A DNA stretch of 60,309 nucleotides, counting the filler. It is 5 parts of 5 records of this genome, joined end to end, with 100 filler letters (N's around TTAATTAATTAA, not from the genome) between each part and the next. Parts side by side here need not be neighbours in the genome. Positions count along the whole stretch, not along the records: positions 36,054 to 43,978 come from SRR31156797_26374; positions 44,079 to 52,767 come from SRR31156797_26400; 3 more parts are not named here. The stretch is one strand, 5' to 3'. The stretch's first letter is position 1; every line of letters starts with the position of its first letter. The notes under the pieces are model-generated. The model made no database searches and had not been told where the DNA came from. It worked only from the letters and a program-made list of their open reading frames with translations. Shown one piece after another: positions 38,174 to 48,867 of this stretch. The translations under genes were made by a program, and so were the position numbers.

Positions 38174-40549
38174 TTATATTCCCGATTGTTTCTCAGCATC
38201 GACGATCCACTTCATTACCCTGGGGATGGCCTCCGGATTAACGGAAACGGCATCCACGCCTACCGCCACCAGAAGAGAAACCAGGGGCCCTGCATTGGTC
38301 AGCAGCCTTCCCCGTACCGTAACCGTCCCTCCCGAAGCACGACAGGCATCACGCATCCCGGTGAGCGTTTTTTTCATGAATTCCCCCGCCTCCCCGGCCC
38401 CTGCGCCGCTTTCCCGTATCCATCGCTGTAATTTCCGGATATCCATTGAAAACCCATCAAAAAGAGCCGCAAAATCGTTTGCACGGGTCCAATTGGAAGC
38501 ATGGTCGCAGCAGAGATAAACATGAAATCCTTCATCTCCCCTTTTGAGCCCCTCTTTTTCCAGGACCCTTAGAATCGTTTCAGCATCCTTTGGAAATGCA
38601 CAGTAAGGCATCATGAGATGGAGGTTTTTAAACCCGTGCCCATGACGCACGCGTCGAAACGCCTCGCATTCAAGGGCAAATGCTTCACGGTACGGATCAC
38701 TCAAGTACCGACGCGTACCTCGCAGATCCGGCCCATGGGAACCATAAGCATCTTCAAACTGATTTCCTCCGATCAATCGGCCATATTCTTCCGACTCAAA
38801 ATTCGTGGGTCGCACCACCACGGGATCGGGAAGCCGGGATGCGGCAATTTTAGCCAGACAAGCCGTCAGCCGATTCACAAAATAGTCCTTCGGGGTCCGG
38901 TATCCTTCCGTGATAGCTTCTATCCGGTATTTATCGTTCCGATTCAGTAGTTTGTCCCAATGGATGGCCGCCAATGGGTGAATTTTGATCACATTTTGAT
39001 ATATATAATCCATCCTCACCAGCCCGATACCCCGGCACGGCAACCGCCACCACTGGAATGCCGCGGCATCGCTTGCGATATTGATCACCACATCCATGTC
39101 CGTGTAAGGCACCTCCCGAAGGTGATAGGTTTCTTCAGCGTAATCAACCGCCCCGTCATAAACAAAGCCGTGGTCCCCTTCAATGGACTGGACGGTCACT
39201 TCCTGGCCATGGGTCAACTCTTCGGTGGCTCCTAGGGTTCCCAGGACCCCCGGAATTCCAATCTCCCTGCAAATGAGGGCCGCATGGGAATTCCGGCTTC
39301 CGAAATCGGTCACCAGGGCTCTGATGTTTTTCTCCTGCAATTCCCCCACCCAACCGGTGTTGGCCTGTTCCGCCACCAGGACGGTTCCATCCGTCAATTG
39401 ATCAATCTCCTCAAAACTATGAATGAGAAATACCTTCCCCCTGGCAATCCCCTCGCCGATACTGACCCCGGTGAGGATTTTTCGGCCGCGCTCTTCCAGT
39501 CGGCAGAAAGAAAGCCCGGCATCCCGTTTGAAACTGTCCGTAACGGGTCTTGCCTGAACCATGAACAGTTCACCTGAATCACCATCCACGGCCCATTCCA
39601 TATCCATGGGACGTCCGTAGTAATCCTCAATCAATACGGCCCACCGTCCCAGTGTCAAAATTTCATGATCATCGAGTACCAGGCTGTACCGCTCTTTCCG
39701 GGTCGTGGGCTTGGCTTCAATCCCACCGCCACCTTTAAAAACATATTTTTTCTGTTTAACGCCGAAGTGTTTTTCCACAATGGGGTCACCGCCCTGCCCC
39801 CCGAGGAAGAGTTTGTACACACGATATTCATCCGGAATGGTCTCACCGGCCACATCGCTCTCGCCTAAGCCCCAGGAGGCGGTCATCATGACCATATCGG
39901 GGAATCCCGTTTCCTTGTCGATACTGAACATGACACCGGCCTTTTCCGAACGGACCATACGCTGAACAGCCACACAGAGGGAGGAACCGAGATCATCCAT
40001 ATCCATTTTTTCCCGGTATCGGATGGCCCTGTCGGTGAAAAGGGATGATAGACATCGACGACACGCCCAAAGCAGATCTTCCTCGCCCTGAATATTCAAA
40101 TGGGTATCCAGCATCCCCGCAAAGCTGGCGCCCGGCTGATCCTCGGAGGTTGCGCTGCTCCGTACGGCCACAGCCAGTGAATCGTCCCCATATGGGGCAC
40201 AAAGATCCCGGTATGCGTTCTTGATGGCTGAAGAGACTTCTTCCGGAAAAACGCTTTTCAAAATCAGGTCTCGAATGCTTTTTCCAGCCTGCCCCAGTTC
40301 CAGCTGTTTTGTCTGGTATTTCTCAAGGGTTGAAGCAATTTTTTCCTCCAGATGGTTTTCAAAAACAAAGCACCGGTATGCATCAACGGTTGTTGAAAAA
40401 CCATGGGGCACACGCACCCCTGCATCCGAGAGGCCTCTTAGCATTTCACCTAAAGAAGCACTCTTTCCACCCACTTGACCGATATCATCATAGCCCACAT
40501 CCTTCAAACGTCGAATATATGGGTTCCGCTCAAAACTATTTCTATCCAT
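38174..40549 (-). CDS. PEP synthase (PpsA)-like protein with degenerate pyruvate/PEP domain
   Basis: GGKSASLGEM, RSSATSED..ASFAG, DMEWA, QARP and SHAA are intact. C-terminal catalytic motifs are altered (see findings). Confidence 0.88.
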   Translation of the reverse strand: MDRNSFERNPYIRRLKDVGYDDIGQVGGKSASLGEMLRGLSDAGVRVPHGFSTTVDAYRCFVFENHLEEKIASTLEKYQTKQLELGQAGKSIRDLILKSVFPEEVSSAIKNAYRDLCAPYGDDSLAVAVRSSATSEDQPGASFAGMLDTHLNIQGEEDLLWACRRCLSSLFTDRAIRYREKMDMDDLGSSLCVAVQRMVRSEKAGVMFSIDKETGFPDMVMMTASWGLGESDVAGETIPDEYRVYKLFLGGQGGDPIVEKHFGVKQKKYVFKGGGGIEAKPTTRKERYSLVLDDHEILTLGRWAVLIEDYYGRPMDMEWAVDGDSGELFMVQARPVTDSFKRDAGLSFCRLEERGRKILTGVSIGEGIARGKVFLIHSFEEIDQLTDGTVLVAEQANTGWVGELQEKNIRALVTDFGSRNSHAALICREIGIPGVLGTLGATEELTHGQEVTVQSIEGDHGFVYDGAVDYAEETYHLREVPYTDMDVVINIASDAAAFQWWRLPCRGIGLVRMDYIYQNVIKIHPLAAIHWDKLLNRNDKYRIEAITEGYRTPKDYFVNRLTACLAKIAASRLPDPVVVRPTNFESEEYGRLIGGNQFEDAYGSHGPDLRGTRRYLSDPYREAFALECEAFRRVRHGHGFKNLHLMMPYCAFPKDAETILRVLEKEGLKRGDEGFHVYLCCDHASNWTRANDFAALFDGFSMDIRKLQRWIRESGAGAGEAGEFMKKTLTGMRDACRASGGTVTVRGRLLTNAGPLVSLLVAVGVDAVSVNPEAIPRVMKWIVDAEKQSGI

Positions 40550-40768
40550 TTTTTATTAATATTCCAATATTTAACTTAAATAACAATCATCTTTAATCAG
40601 GAGTATAGGGTCATCACAAATACCGGTCAAGAAAGAAAGAGGAAATATCCGCTCATTGATTAAATTTCATTGAGCAAATGCGCATTTTTTGATATGAACG
40701 CAGGATATGGAAATAATATGAAGTCACTCATGATATATTTTCTTTTTCTTAAACAAAATTAACATACT

Positions 40769-41104
40769 ATGCCCATATTTGAATATGAATGTCAAAATTG
40801 TATGCGCCAGTTTCAGCGCCTCATCATGAAAGCTGAAGAGGCTGAATCCATGGTCTGTCCCGATTGTGGAAAAACCGATCTCAAGAGGCTTGTTTCCAGG
40901 GTGGCCTACCACCAGTCGGAAATGGATCGGATTGACAGCTATGAACCTTCAGCAAGACAAAGCGATGCTTTCATGAAAGACACCCGAAACATCGGGTTGC
41001 ATGCCAAAAAACGCGCCCGGCAGATGGGTGTTGATCTGGGCAGCAGTTTTGACGCCAAAGTGGAAAAGCTGAGGACTAATCCGGGAGCTGTTGTTGACAG
41101 CTAG
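40769..41104 (+). CDS. FmdB-family zinc-ribbon protein
   Basis: MPIFEYECQNC...CPDCG...RLVS. Confidence 0.88.
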   Translation: MPIFEYECQNCMRQFQRLIMKAEEAESMVCPDCGKTDLKRLVSRVAYHQSEMDRIDSYEPSARQSDAFMKDTRNIGLHAKKRARQMGVDLGSSFDAKVEKLRTNPGAVVDS

Positions 41105-41116
41105 AGGTACCCCAAA

Positions 41117-41440
41117 ATGGCCAGAGAAGGCGATGTGGTTTTAATTTATCACGAAAACATTCCGACTGTTTTTGCCCGAGTGGAAGATATCAGCCCCGAT
41201 ATCAAAAAAAATTGGTATCACATCACCCTTTTGCTGCTCACCCTCCCCACACAATTGGTTACATGGATTCTCAAAGATGCCTACATTGAAGGTGAAGAGT
41301 TTACCATGGGCGGAAAACCCATGAGACTGGAGGCGGTCAAAAAAGTCATGCTGGAAGAGGTAAAGAAACAATCGACGGAAGATGGCAACCAGAAAATCTC
41401 TAAAAAAAGAGGAGACGTTGTCCCATTCAAGAAACCCTGA
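41117..41440 (+). CDS. Hypothetical protein
   Basis: RBS GAGG, 107 aa, motifs FARVEDISPD and EFTMGG. Confidence 0.8.
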   Translation: MAREGDVVLIYHENIPTVFARVEDISPDIKKNWYHITLLLLTLPTQLVTWILKDAYIEGEEFTMGGKPMRLEAVKKVMLEEVKKQSTEDGNQKISKKRGDVVPFKKP

Positions 41441-41461
41441 AAGGAGAATCCCAACAAATCC

Positions 41462-41632
41462 ATGACCAAAATTTATGTATTCCTTTTTCGTGCGGTTCTC
41501 GCAGCTGTTTTCGCCCTTATCGTTTCCCGGATTTTCTTTCAGGATGCGTCCTTTATTAAGGTCGTGGGCTTAGGCGCGGCGCTTCTGGGTTTCAGCTATC
41601 TGTTTGAATATATTAGAAAAAAAGATAAATAA
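41462..41632 (+). CDS. Small two-TM membrane protein (56 aa, below the ORF-track cutoff)
   Basis: MTKIYVFLFRAVLAAVFALIVSRIFFQDASFIKVVGLGAALLGFSYLFEYIRKKDK*. Fills the gap before ppdK. Confidence 0.7.
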   Translation: MTKIYVFLFRAVLAAVFALIVSRIFFQDASFIKVVGLGAALLGFSYLFEYIRKKDK

Positions 41633-41643
41633 GGGGGATCATA

Positions 41644-43978
41644 ATGAAAAACAAACAATTTGTGTACACGTTTAGTAAAGGGGATGGAAAAAACAAAACG
41701 CTTCTGGGGGGGAAAGGGGCTAATCTTTGCGAGATGACCCAGATCGGACTCCCCGTACCGCCGGGTTTCGTCATCACCACCGAAGCGTGCCTGGACCATC
41801 TGGAGCAGAAAAAATCCGGCCTCAACCCGGAATTGTCCGAGCAGATACGGACTGCCATGGCGGAACTTGAAAAAGAAACGGGGAAAAAATTCGGTGATCC
41901 GCAAAACCCCCTTCTGGTATCGGTACGATCCGGCGCCGCCATGAGCATGCCGGGCATGATGGATACCATCCTGAATCTGGGGCTCAATGAGGCATCGGTC
42001 AACGGCCTCATCAAAATATCAAAGAACGAGCGCTTTGTATACGATTTGTACAGACGATTGATCCAACTTTTCGGAACCATCGCCCTTGATATGAATGATG
42101 AAGACTTCAGTATTATTTTCGATAATATAAAGAAAGAAAATAAAGTAGAAGAAGATGTAGATCTGGATACGGCCGCCCTTAAAAAAACATGCGAAGGATT
42201 CCTGGACGTGGTGAAACAAAAGACCGGAAAACCCTTTCCCCAGGACCCTTATGTTCAGCTGAACATGGCCGTGGAAGCGGTATTCGGTTCATGGATGGGA
42301 AAACGGGCCATTGACTACCGGCGCGAGTTCAAAATCACCAAAGATATGGCCAACGGAACGGCGGTGAACATCTGCACCATGGTTTTCGGCAACATGGGAG
42401 ATGACAGCGCCACCGGTGTTGCCTTCACCCGGGACCCGGCCAATGGAGATAACCGCTTCTTCGGGGAATACATGATCAACGCCCAGGGGGAAGACGTGGT
42501 CGCCGGCATTCGGACCCCTAAACCGATCCGGAAACTGCGCAGGGAGATGCCGGATGTTTATCCGGAACTGATGAAATTGCGGCACACCCTTGAAAACCAC
42601 TACCGCGAGGTCCAGGATCTCGAGTTTACCATTGAAAACAGGAAACTCTACTGCCTGCAGACCCGAAACGCCAAGATGAACGCAGCCTCCCTCATTAAAA
42701 CATCCATCGACATGGTGAATGAAGGGCTTATCTCCGAAGAAGAAGCCCTGTTGCGCATTCAGCCCGACATGCTGGAACAGCTCCTTCATCCCCGCCTGGA
42801 CCCTGAAGCCAAAGCGGATGTCCTGGCCCAAGGCTTGCCGGCATCCCCCGGGGCCGCATCGGGAAAAATGGTTTTTGATGCGGACCGGGCCGAGAGCAAA
42901 GCGAAACTGGGAGAAAAAGTGATCCTGGTGAGACAAGAAACCAAGCCGGAAGATATTCACGGCTTTTTTGCGGCCCAGGGAATCCTGACCAGCCGTGGGG
43001 GCAAAACATCCCATGCCGCCGTGGTGGCCCGAAGTATGGGGAAACCCTGCGTGTCAGGCTGTGAGGCCATCGTTATCGACGATGTTGCCCGTGAAGCCTT
43101 GATCGGCGGAATGACCCTCAGGGAAGGAGAAATGATCACCATCGACGGCACCACCGGAAATGTGTATGGGGGAAGCGTTCCCACCATTGAACCGGAATTT
43201 GTGGAAGACCTCCTGGTGCTGTTGGAATGGGCGGACGAAATCAGCGAACTGAAGGTCATGGCCAATGCCGACACCCCTGACGGGGTTTCCAAAGCCAGAA
43301 AATACGGCGCCGTGGGGATCGGTCTGTGTCGGACGGAGAGGATGTTCAACCAGCCTGAAAGGCTCCCGGTGGTTCAGGAAATGATCCTGGCGGAAAACAC
43401 CTCCGCCCGCCAGGCAGCCCTTGACAGGCTCCTTCCATTCCAGAGAAACGATTTTAAAGAGATCTTTCGCCTGATGGACGGATATCCTGTAACCATACGG
43501 TTGCTGGATCCCCCCATTCACGAGTTTCTACCTTCCTCAGATGAACTCATCAGCGAAATTGATAAGCTCCGGGAATTAAAACAAACCATTGAAGGCATGT
43601 CCGACCTGCCGGATACACTTCAGCTCATCGACCCCGAGCTTCACGGCCGTTATGCGGCCAGCCTGGATGCCATGCTGGCGGGCCTGCAGGAACTTAAGTC
43701 CAAGCATCTGGAAGGGCCCATGATTGAAAATAAAGAACGGATGCTCAAAAAGGTCAGGGACCTGACGGAGATCAACCCCATGCTGGGACACCGGGGCGTC
43801 AGGCTCGGCATCACCTATCCGGAGATCTACGCAATGCAGATCAGGGCCGTGCTCGAAGCCGCCGCCGAACACATCCGCGAAGGGGGGCGGGTGGCCCCGG
43901 AAATTATGATTCCCCAGGTGTGCACCCTGCAGGAACTCAAATGGGTTCATGGCTATGTCACCGAAATAAAGAAGGATA
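41644..43978 (+). CDS. ppdK: Pyruvate, phosphate dikinase, 3'-truncated
   Basis: LGGKGANL, SVRSGA..SMPGMMDT, NAQGEDVVAGIRTP, GGKTSHAAVVAR, GLCRTE, LLDPPIHEF, NPMLGHRG. Confidence 0.97.
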
Positions 43979-44078
43979 NNNNNNNNNNNNNNNNNNNNNN
44001 NNNNNNNNNNNNNNNNNNNNNNTTAATTAATTAANNNNNNNNNNNNNNNNNNNNNNNNNNNNNNNNNNNNNNNNNNNN
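43979..44078. other. Artificial contig linker
   Basis: N44-TTAATTAATTAA-N44. Confidence 0.99.
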
Positions 44079-44107
44079 ACGCCTCGGGCCGCGTCCAGCG
44101 GTAATAC
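44079..44107. repeat. Partial copy of the structured repeat at 50349-50444, cut by the contig edge
   Basis: ACGCCTCGGGCCGCGTCCAGCGGTAATAC versus ACGCCTCGGGCCCCGTCCAGCAGTAAGAC (50416-50444), 26/29 identical. Confidence 0.8.
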
Positions 44108-44110
44108 GGG

Positions 44111-44166
44111 CAAAACCGAAAAACACCGTTTGGGGGGCGTCGGGGCAACCGGTCGCCCCCCAAATG
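44111..44166 (-). terminator. Strong hairpin, possible minus-strand terminator
   Basis: CGTTTGGGGGGCG (44127-44139) pairs with CGCCCCCCAAATG (44154-44166), followed on the minus strand by GTGTTTTTCGGTTTT. Confidence 0.5.
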
Positions 44167-44188
44167 ACATCAGGGAAAGGATAAAACC

Positions 44189-44527
44189 ATGTTCGTCCGC
44201 TGCGCCCATTTCATCGGCACGGTCGCACCCGAAAACCGGGAAAAATTCGATACTTTCATCGACACCGAAATCGCCCCGATCATGGCGACGTTTCCGGGCC
44301 CCACGTCCTTCCGCATCCTGCGCGGCCGCTGGTACGAAGAAGGCGCGCCGGGAATCTACATGACGATCGAACTGACCTACGATCGGATGGAAGACATCGA
44401 CATCATGCTGGCTTCCCCGGAACGCGCCAGGAACGTCGAAAAGATCGGCGAGATCATGCCGCTTTTCGAAGGCAGCGTTTATCACATCAACCATGAAGTC
44501 ACCGCCGGCGAAGGCGCCGACGATTGA
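44189..44527 (+). CDS. EthD-like alpha/beta barrel protein
   Basis: 112 aa; EIAPIMATFPG...IELTYDRMEDIDIMLASPER pattern; RBS AGGA. Confidence 0.6.
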   Translation: MFVRCAHFIGTVAPENREKFDTFIDTEIAPIMATFPGPTSFRILRGRWYEEGAPGIYMTIELTYDRMEDIDIMLASPERARNVEKIGEIMPLFEGSVYHINHEVTAGEGADD

Positions 44528-44541
44528 ATGGCAACAAGGCC

Positions 44542-45438
44542 TTATCCCTTTTCGTTTACTTCATAGAGTATCCACTCGCGGAATTTACGGATTTTGGGAA
44601 TGGTGCGGGTCGCCTCGGGGTAGACCAGGTAGTGCGATAACACTTCCGGTGAGATGCTGTTCCCAAGGAGCGGCATGACGAGCGTGCCTTCGGCTAATTC
44701 GCGCCCGGCAAACACCGTGCTTTCCAGTGCGAAACCAATGCCATCAACGGCCGCTTGAATGGACAGATAGCCGCGGTCGAATCGAAGCCCGCGCGTGACA
44801 TTGACCCCATCTACGTCGTTGGCGTCGAACCATTGTGCCCAGTTGACGGAGCAGCGTTCGGAATGAATCAGATGCACACCGGCCAGATGGGCCGGCCTTA
44901 AGTGGCGCGGCATTTCCTTGATCAACTTTGGGCTGCACATGGGGGTGACCATTTCCGTCATCAGCCGGTGAATTTCAAGGCCCGGCCAGTTTCCTTCCCC
45001 ATAGCGGATTTCGACGTCGACGTTACCACGCGCGAAGTCGCAGGGTTCGGGCGTCGCATGAAGGCGCACATCGGTATCCGGGTGAGCTTGCAGGAACCAT
45101 CGCAGGCGCGGCATCAGCCACGCCGGGGCAAAGGTCGGAGCGCAATGCACCGTAAGTATATCCGTAAATCCATCTTCGATGAGCTTTCGGGTAGCAAGAT
45201 CGATGCGCTCGAAGGCACCACCGACGAACTGCAAATAGCTTTTTCCGGTATCGGTCAACACCACACGCCTGCTCGTGCGATGAAACAAGGGAACACCCAG
45301 AAAGCTCTCGAGGGTCTTGATTTGGTGGCTGATCGCCGATGAGGTGACGTTCAACTCGTCAGCTGCCGATTTAACGGTGCCGAGACGGGCCGTCGATTCA
45401 AAGGCCCGAAGTGCCTTCAGAGGGGGATTCGATCGCAT
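44542..45438 (-). CDS. LysR-family regulator, GcvA-like
   Basis: PPLKALRAFE, AADELNVTSSAISHQIKTLE, WLMPRL, IRYGEGNWPG. Confidence 0.95.
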   Translation of the reverse strand: MRSNPPLKALRAFESTARLGTVKSAADELNVTSSAISHQIKTLESFLGVPLFHRTSRRVVLTDTGKSYLQFVGGAFERIDLATRKLIEDGFTDILTVHCAPTFAPAWLMPRLRWFLQAHPDTDVRLHATPEPCDFARGNVDVEIRYGEGNWPGLEIHRLMTEMVTPMCSPKLIKEMPRHLRPAHLAGVHLIHSERCSVNWAQWFDANDVDGVNVTRGLRFDRGYLSIQAAVDGIGFALESTVFAGRELAEGTLVMPLLGNSISPEVLSHYLVYPEATRTIPKIRKFREWILYEVNEKG

Positions 45439-45707
45439 AGCATCGCCTGTCCCTGCCCGCTTGACCCCTGAGGGCGGAGAACGCCTTCCCCGGCACCGGT
45501 TCTGCCCCTTTAAGGCAAACTACGAAAGGGTCTCAACGCCCCATTAATAGTTGAAAAATTCTTACTGTAAAGTTGAAAATTAGTAATTTGCATTCAGTTT
45601 TTTCATCTAATACGATTCCGGCCAACCAATAAGCGACTCTTGGACCACTCTGTCACAGTTTGAGTTGCAGGCGACAGAAGGGCCCCGGAGTAGAAGCGGG
45701 CAGGACC

Positions 45708-46226
45708 ATGGGAGGATCTTTGAATATTCTGACATCTTATTTGCGGCGATTGAGCAACGCCGTTGACCGGCTAAGCCGTATTCTGCTGGTCCCGCTCGTC
45801 GTCGGGTTCGTCGGCGTCGTGTTCGTTGCGGTACTGTCGCGTTACGTCTTCAACGAACCGGTTATTCAATCCATTGAGTTGACACGCCTGAGCTTCAACT
45901 GGAGCTGTTTCCTTGGCGCCGCAGTCGGTGTCAAACGCCTCGCACATGTGCGGTTTGTGTTTTTGGTCGAACGCCTGAACGACCGACACAGGCAGATTCT
46001 GAACATAGTCGTTCAGTTTCTGATGGCCAATTTCTTCGTGTTGATGGTCGTACAAGGTTGGCATCTGTTCGTAAAAGTCAGGGGAACGGTATTCCCTGCC
46101 CTCGAATGGTCACAGGGCTTGTTGTATCTGTCGCTGCCGGTGGCCGGAGCCGTCATGCTGGTGCATATAGCCAGTGCATTGGCCGAAGACCTGTCGACCT
46201 TCATCGATGGGAGCGCCGAACAATGA
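45708..46226 (+). CDS. TRAP small permease (DctQ)
   Basis: VLSRYVFNEP, ELTR, FLGAA, HVR. Alternative TTG start at 45720. Confidence 0.9.
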   Translation: MGGSLNILTSYLRRLSNAVDRLSRILLVPLVVGFVGVVFVAVLSRYVFNEPVIQSIELTRLSFNWSCFLGAAVGVKRLAHVRFVFLVERLNDRHRQILNIVVQFLMANFFVLMVVQGWHLFVKVRGTVFPALEWSQGLLYLSLPVAGAVMLVHIASALAEDLSTFIDGSAEQ

Positions 46227-47500
46227 TCACGCCCATTGTCGTCATCTTCGTCCTTCTGGTTTTGGTCAGTACGCCAATCGCCATGGCCATCGGAATAGCT
46301 GTGGCCGTCGGCGTCGCATTCTTCAGTCCATTCCCGCTCGCTGCCCTGTTTCAGAAGATGGTGACCGGCATCGATTCCTTCATCCTGGTTGCCATTCCGC
46401 TGTTTATTCTGACCGCCAACCTGATGAACGCGGGCGGCATCACGGATCGCATCTTTACGAGTGTGCGGCGCGTCATCGGCCATTTGCCAGGTGGCCTGGC
46501 CCACGCCAATGTCGGCGCCAGCATGATTTTTGCCGGCATGTCCGGCTCCGCCGTTGCCGATGCGGGCGGGCTCGGCACAATCGAAATCAAGGCCATGAAG
46601 GATCAGGGATACCGGACCGATTTCTCGGCCGCACTGACCTCGGCGTCCTCGGTCATCGGGCCGATCATCCCGCCCAGCATTCCCTTCATCATCTACGGCG
46701 CCATTGCGGAAGTCTCGGTTGGCCGACTGTTCGTCGCCGGGTTCGTTCCGGGGCTGATCCTGGCATTGTCGCTGTTCGCCATGATCGTCGTCATGGACCG
46801 GCGCCATCATTTCCCGCGCGATGATCGCGCCTCGACCCTCGAAATCCTGAAGAGTTTGCGCGAAGCCTTTCTCGCGTTGCTAACGCCCATCATCATCTTG
46901 GGCGGCATTCTCGGCGGAATCTTCACGCCGACGGAAGCGGGCGCCATTGCTGTCGTCTACGCCTTTATCATCAGCGTATTCGTCTATCGCACGGTGACAA
47001 TCAAGGACCTGCAGAGAATCTTCGTGGACACCATGGTGACGACGGCCATTGGTCTATTCATCATTTCGACGGTGTCGTCATTCTCCTGGGTCCTGGTTGT
47101 CGAGCAGGCCGGGGACCGGTTCGTCGCCTTTATCCGTGACCTCACCGACAACCCCTATGTCGTGCTGCTCGCGGTCAACGTGATCCTGCTGATCCTAGGC
47201 GCGCTGGTGGAGGCGGGGGCGGTACTGATCCTGATGACACCGATTCTGCTGCCGCTGATGGTCTCGGTCGGCGTCGATCCCATCCATTTCGGCGTCATCA
47301 TGGTTCTCAATCTGATGATCGGCTGTGCCACACCGCCGGTGGGAATGAGCCTGTTCGTCGCCGCCCACGTGGCGGACATACGCGTCGAGTCTGTGATGCG
47401 GGCAATATTGCCGTTCCTGATCCCACTCATGCTGACGCTGCTGATTATCACGTATCTGCCCGAAGTATCCCTGTTCTTGCCATCACTGGTGTTTGACTAG
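46223..47500 (+). CDS. TRAP large permease (DctM)
   Basis: AIPLF, GMSGSAVAD, GPIIPPSIP, FTPTEA, TPPVG. ATGA overlap with dctQ. Confidence 0.95.
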   Translation: MITPIVVIFVLLVLVSTPIAMAIGIAVAVGVAFFSPFPLAALFQKMVTGIDSFILVAIPLFILTANLMNAGGITDRIFTSVRRVIGHLPGGLAHANVGASMIFAGMSGSAVADAGGLGTIEIKAMKDQGYRTDFSAALTSASSVIGPIIPPSIPFIIYGAIAEVSVGRLFVAGFVPGLILALSLFAMIVVMDRRHHFPRDDRASTLEILKSLREAFLALLTPIIILGGILGGIFTPTEAGAIAVVYAFIISVFVYRTVTIKDLQRIFVDTMVTTAIGLFIISTVSSFSWVLVVEQAGDRFVAFIRDLTDNPYVVLLAVNVILLILGALVEAGAVLILMTPILLPLMVSVGVDPIHFGVIMVLNLMIGCATPPVGMSLFVAAHVADIRVESVMRAILPFLIPLMLTLLIITYLPEVSLFLPSLVFD

Positions 47501-47647
47501 AAGGCGACAAGAGGCATGCACCGACAATGACCGGAAAGCTCTTTCAACACCCGCAGTTCAACCAAGCCACCCCCCCGCCCGCGACGGACGTGGGAGCAAC
47601 AAAGCACAAAACAATCCACCGAAACCGAACCGACAATGGAGGACTTC

Positions 47648-48646
47648 ATGCATTTCACAAAATTTCTTAACAAATTCGCCGTTGCGACGATCGCAAGCGC
47701 GGTTTCAATGGGTGTCGGTATTTCCGGCGCCTCGGCGGATCCCATCGACCTGAAGATCGGCCACGGCCACAGCGCCAAGCACAGCTTCCAATTGGCCATG
47801 GAAAAATTCGCGGAACTGTTAGAACAAAAAGCACCGGGGCAGTTCAAAGTCCGCATCTTCCCGAGCGCTCAACTCGGTTCCGAGCGGGTCATGCAGGAGG
47901 CGCTTACACTGGGCACGCTGGAAATGACCGTGACCGGCGTTCTTGGAATCTATGAACCAAAATTCGCTCTGCTTGAACTGCCGTTCCTTTTCCGCGATCG
48001 GCCGCACATTCTGGCGGCCCAGCAATCCAATGCCGTCAAGGCGCTGGCGGCTTCGCTGCCGCCGAAGGGCCTGCGGCTGGTCGGGTTCGTCGAGAACGGC
48101 TTTCGCAATATCACCAACAACGTTAAAGCGATCGGCATGCCGGGCGACGTCGATGGCCTGAAGATCCGGACGCCGGAGAACCCGGCCCAGATCGAAACAT
48201 TCCGCGCCCTCGGTGCGAAGCCGACGCCGATGCCGTTTTCCGAGCTGTACAACGCCCTCAAGCAGGGAGTCGTCGACGGGCAGGAGAACCCGCTTCAGAA
48301 TATCTATGACGGCAAGCTGTTCGAGGTGCAGAAGCACATCGCCTTATCGGGGCACATCTACAACTCGGCCTACATCGTGGTCAGCGAGTCCTTCTTCCAG
48401 GGATTGGACAAGGCCCAACGTGCTGCCGTTTCCGCAGCGGCGATCGAAGCCGGCCAATGGCAATTCAATTACATCAAGGAATTGGACGGTACGCTGCTCA
48501 ACAAACTGAAGGCGGCCGGCATGCAGGTCACAAAGGTCGACAAAAAAGCCTTCCTCGACGCGACAACACCAGCCTATGAGGCGTTCTACGGCAAGTTCGG
48601 CGCCGACGCCCGCAAGTTCGTGGCCGCGATCCAAGAGATTAAATAA
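47648..48646 (+). CDS. TRAP substrate-binding protein (DctP)
   Basis: Signal peptide, QLGSE, ENGFR, GLKIRTP, GVVDGQENP. Confidence 0.95.
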   Translation: MHFTKFLNKFAVATIASAVSMGVGISGASADPIDLKIGHGHSAKHSFQLAMEKFAELLEQKAPGQFKVRIFPSAQLGSERVMQEALTLGTLEMTVTGVLGIYEPKFALLELPFLFRDRPHILAAQQSNAVKALAASLPPKGLRLVGFVENGFRNITNNVKAIGMPGDVDGLKIRTPENPAQIETFRALGAKPTPMPFSELYNALKQGVVDGQENPLQNIYDGKLFEVQKHIALSGHIYNSAYIVVSESFFQGLDKAQRAAVSAAAIEAGQWQFNYIKELDGTLLNKLKAAGMQVTKVDKKAFLDATTPAYEAFYGKFGADARKFVAAIQEIK

Positions 48647-48659
48647 ATCCTGCACAGTT

Positions 48660-48691
48660 GCCGGGGGTCGGTCGAACCACCGCCCCCTGGC
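48660..48691 (+). terminator. GC-rich hairpin after dctP (terminator or mRNA stabiliser)
   Basis: GCCGGGGGTCGGT...ACCGCCCCCTGGC. No U-tract. Confidence 0.4.
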
Positions 48692-48867
48692 GACGAACAC
48701 AAAAGCCCGGTGTTCCCGCAACAGCTCACATGACCGACTAAACGAATGGAAAAAAGAGCAAATACCGTGACGAAAAAATACCGAAATATGATCAAGACTC
48801 TCGCCGTAAAATCAACACGAGTGGCAACGACGAACATCAAATTTCTCTCGGATGGGAGATCGGGTCA

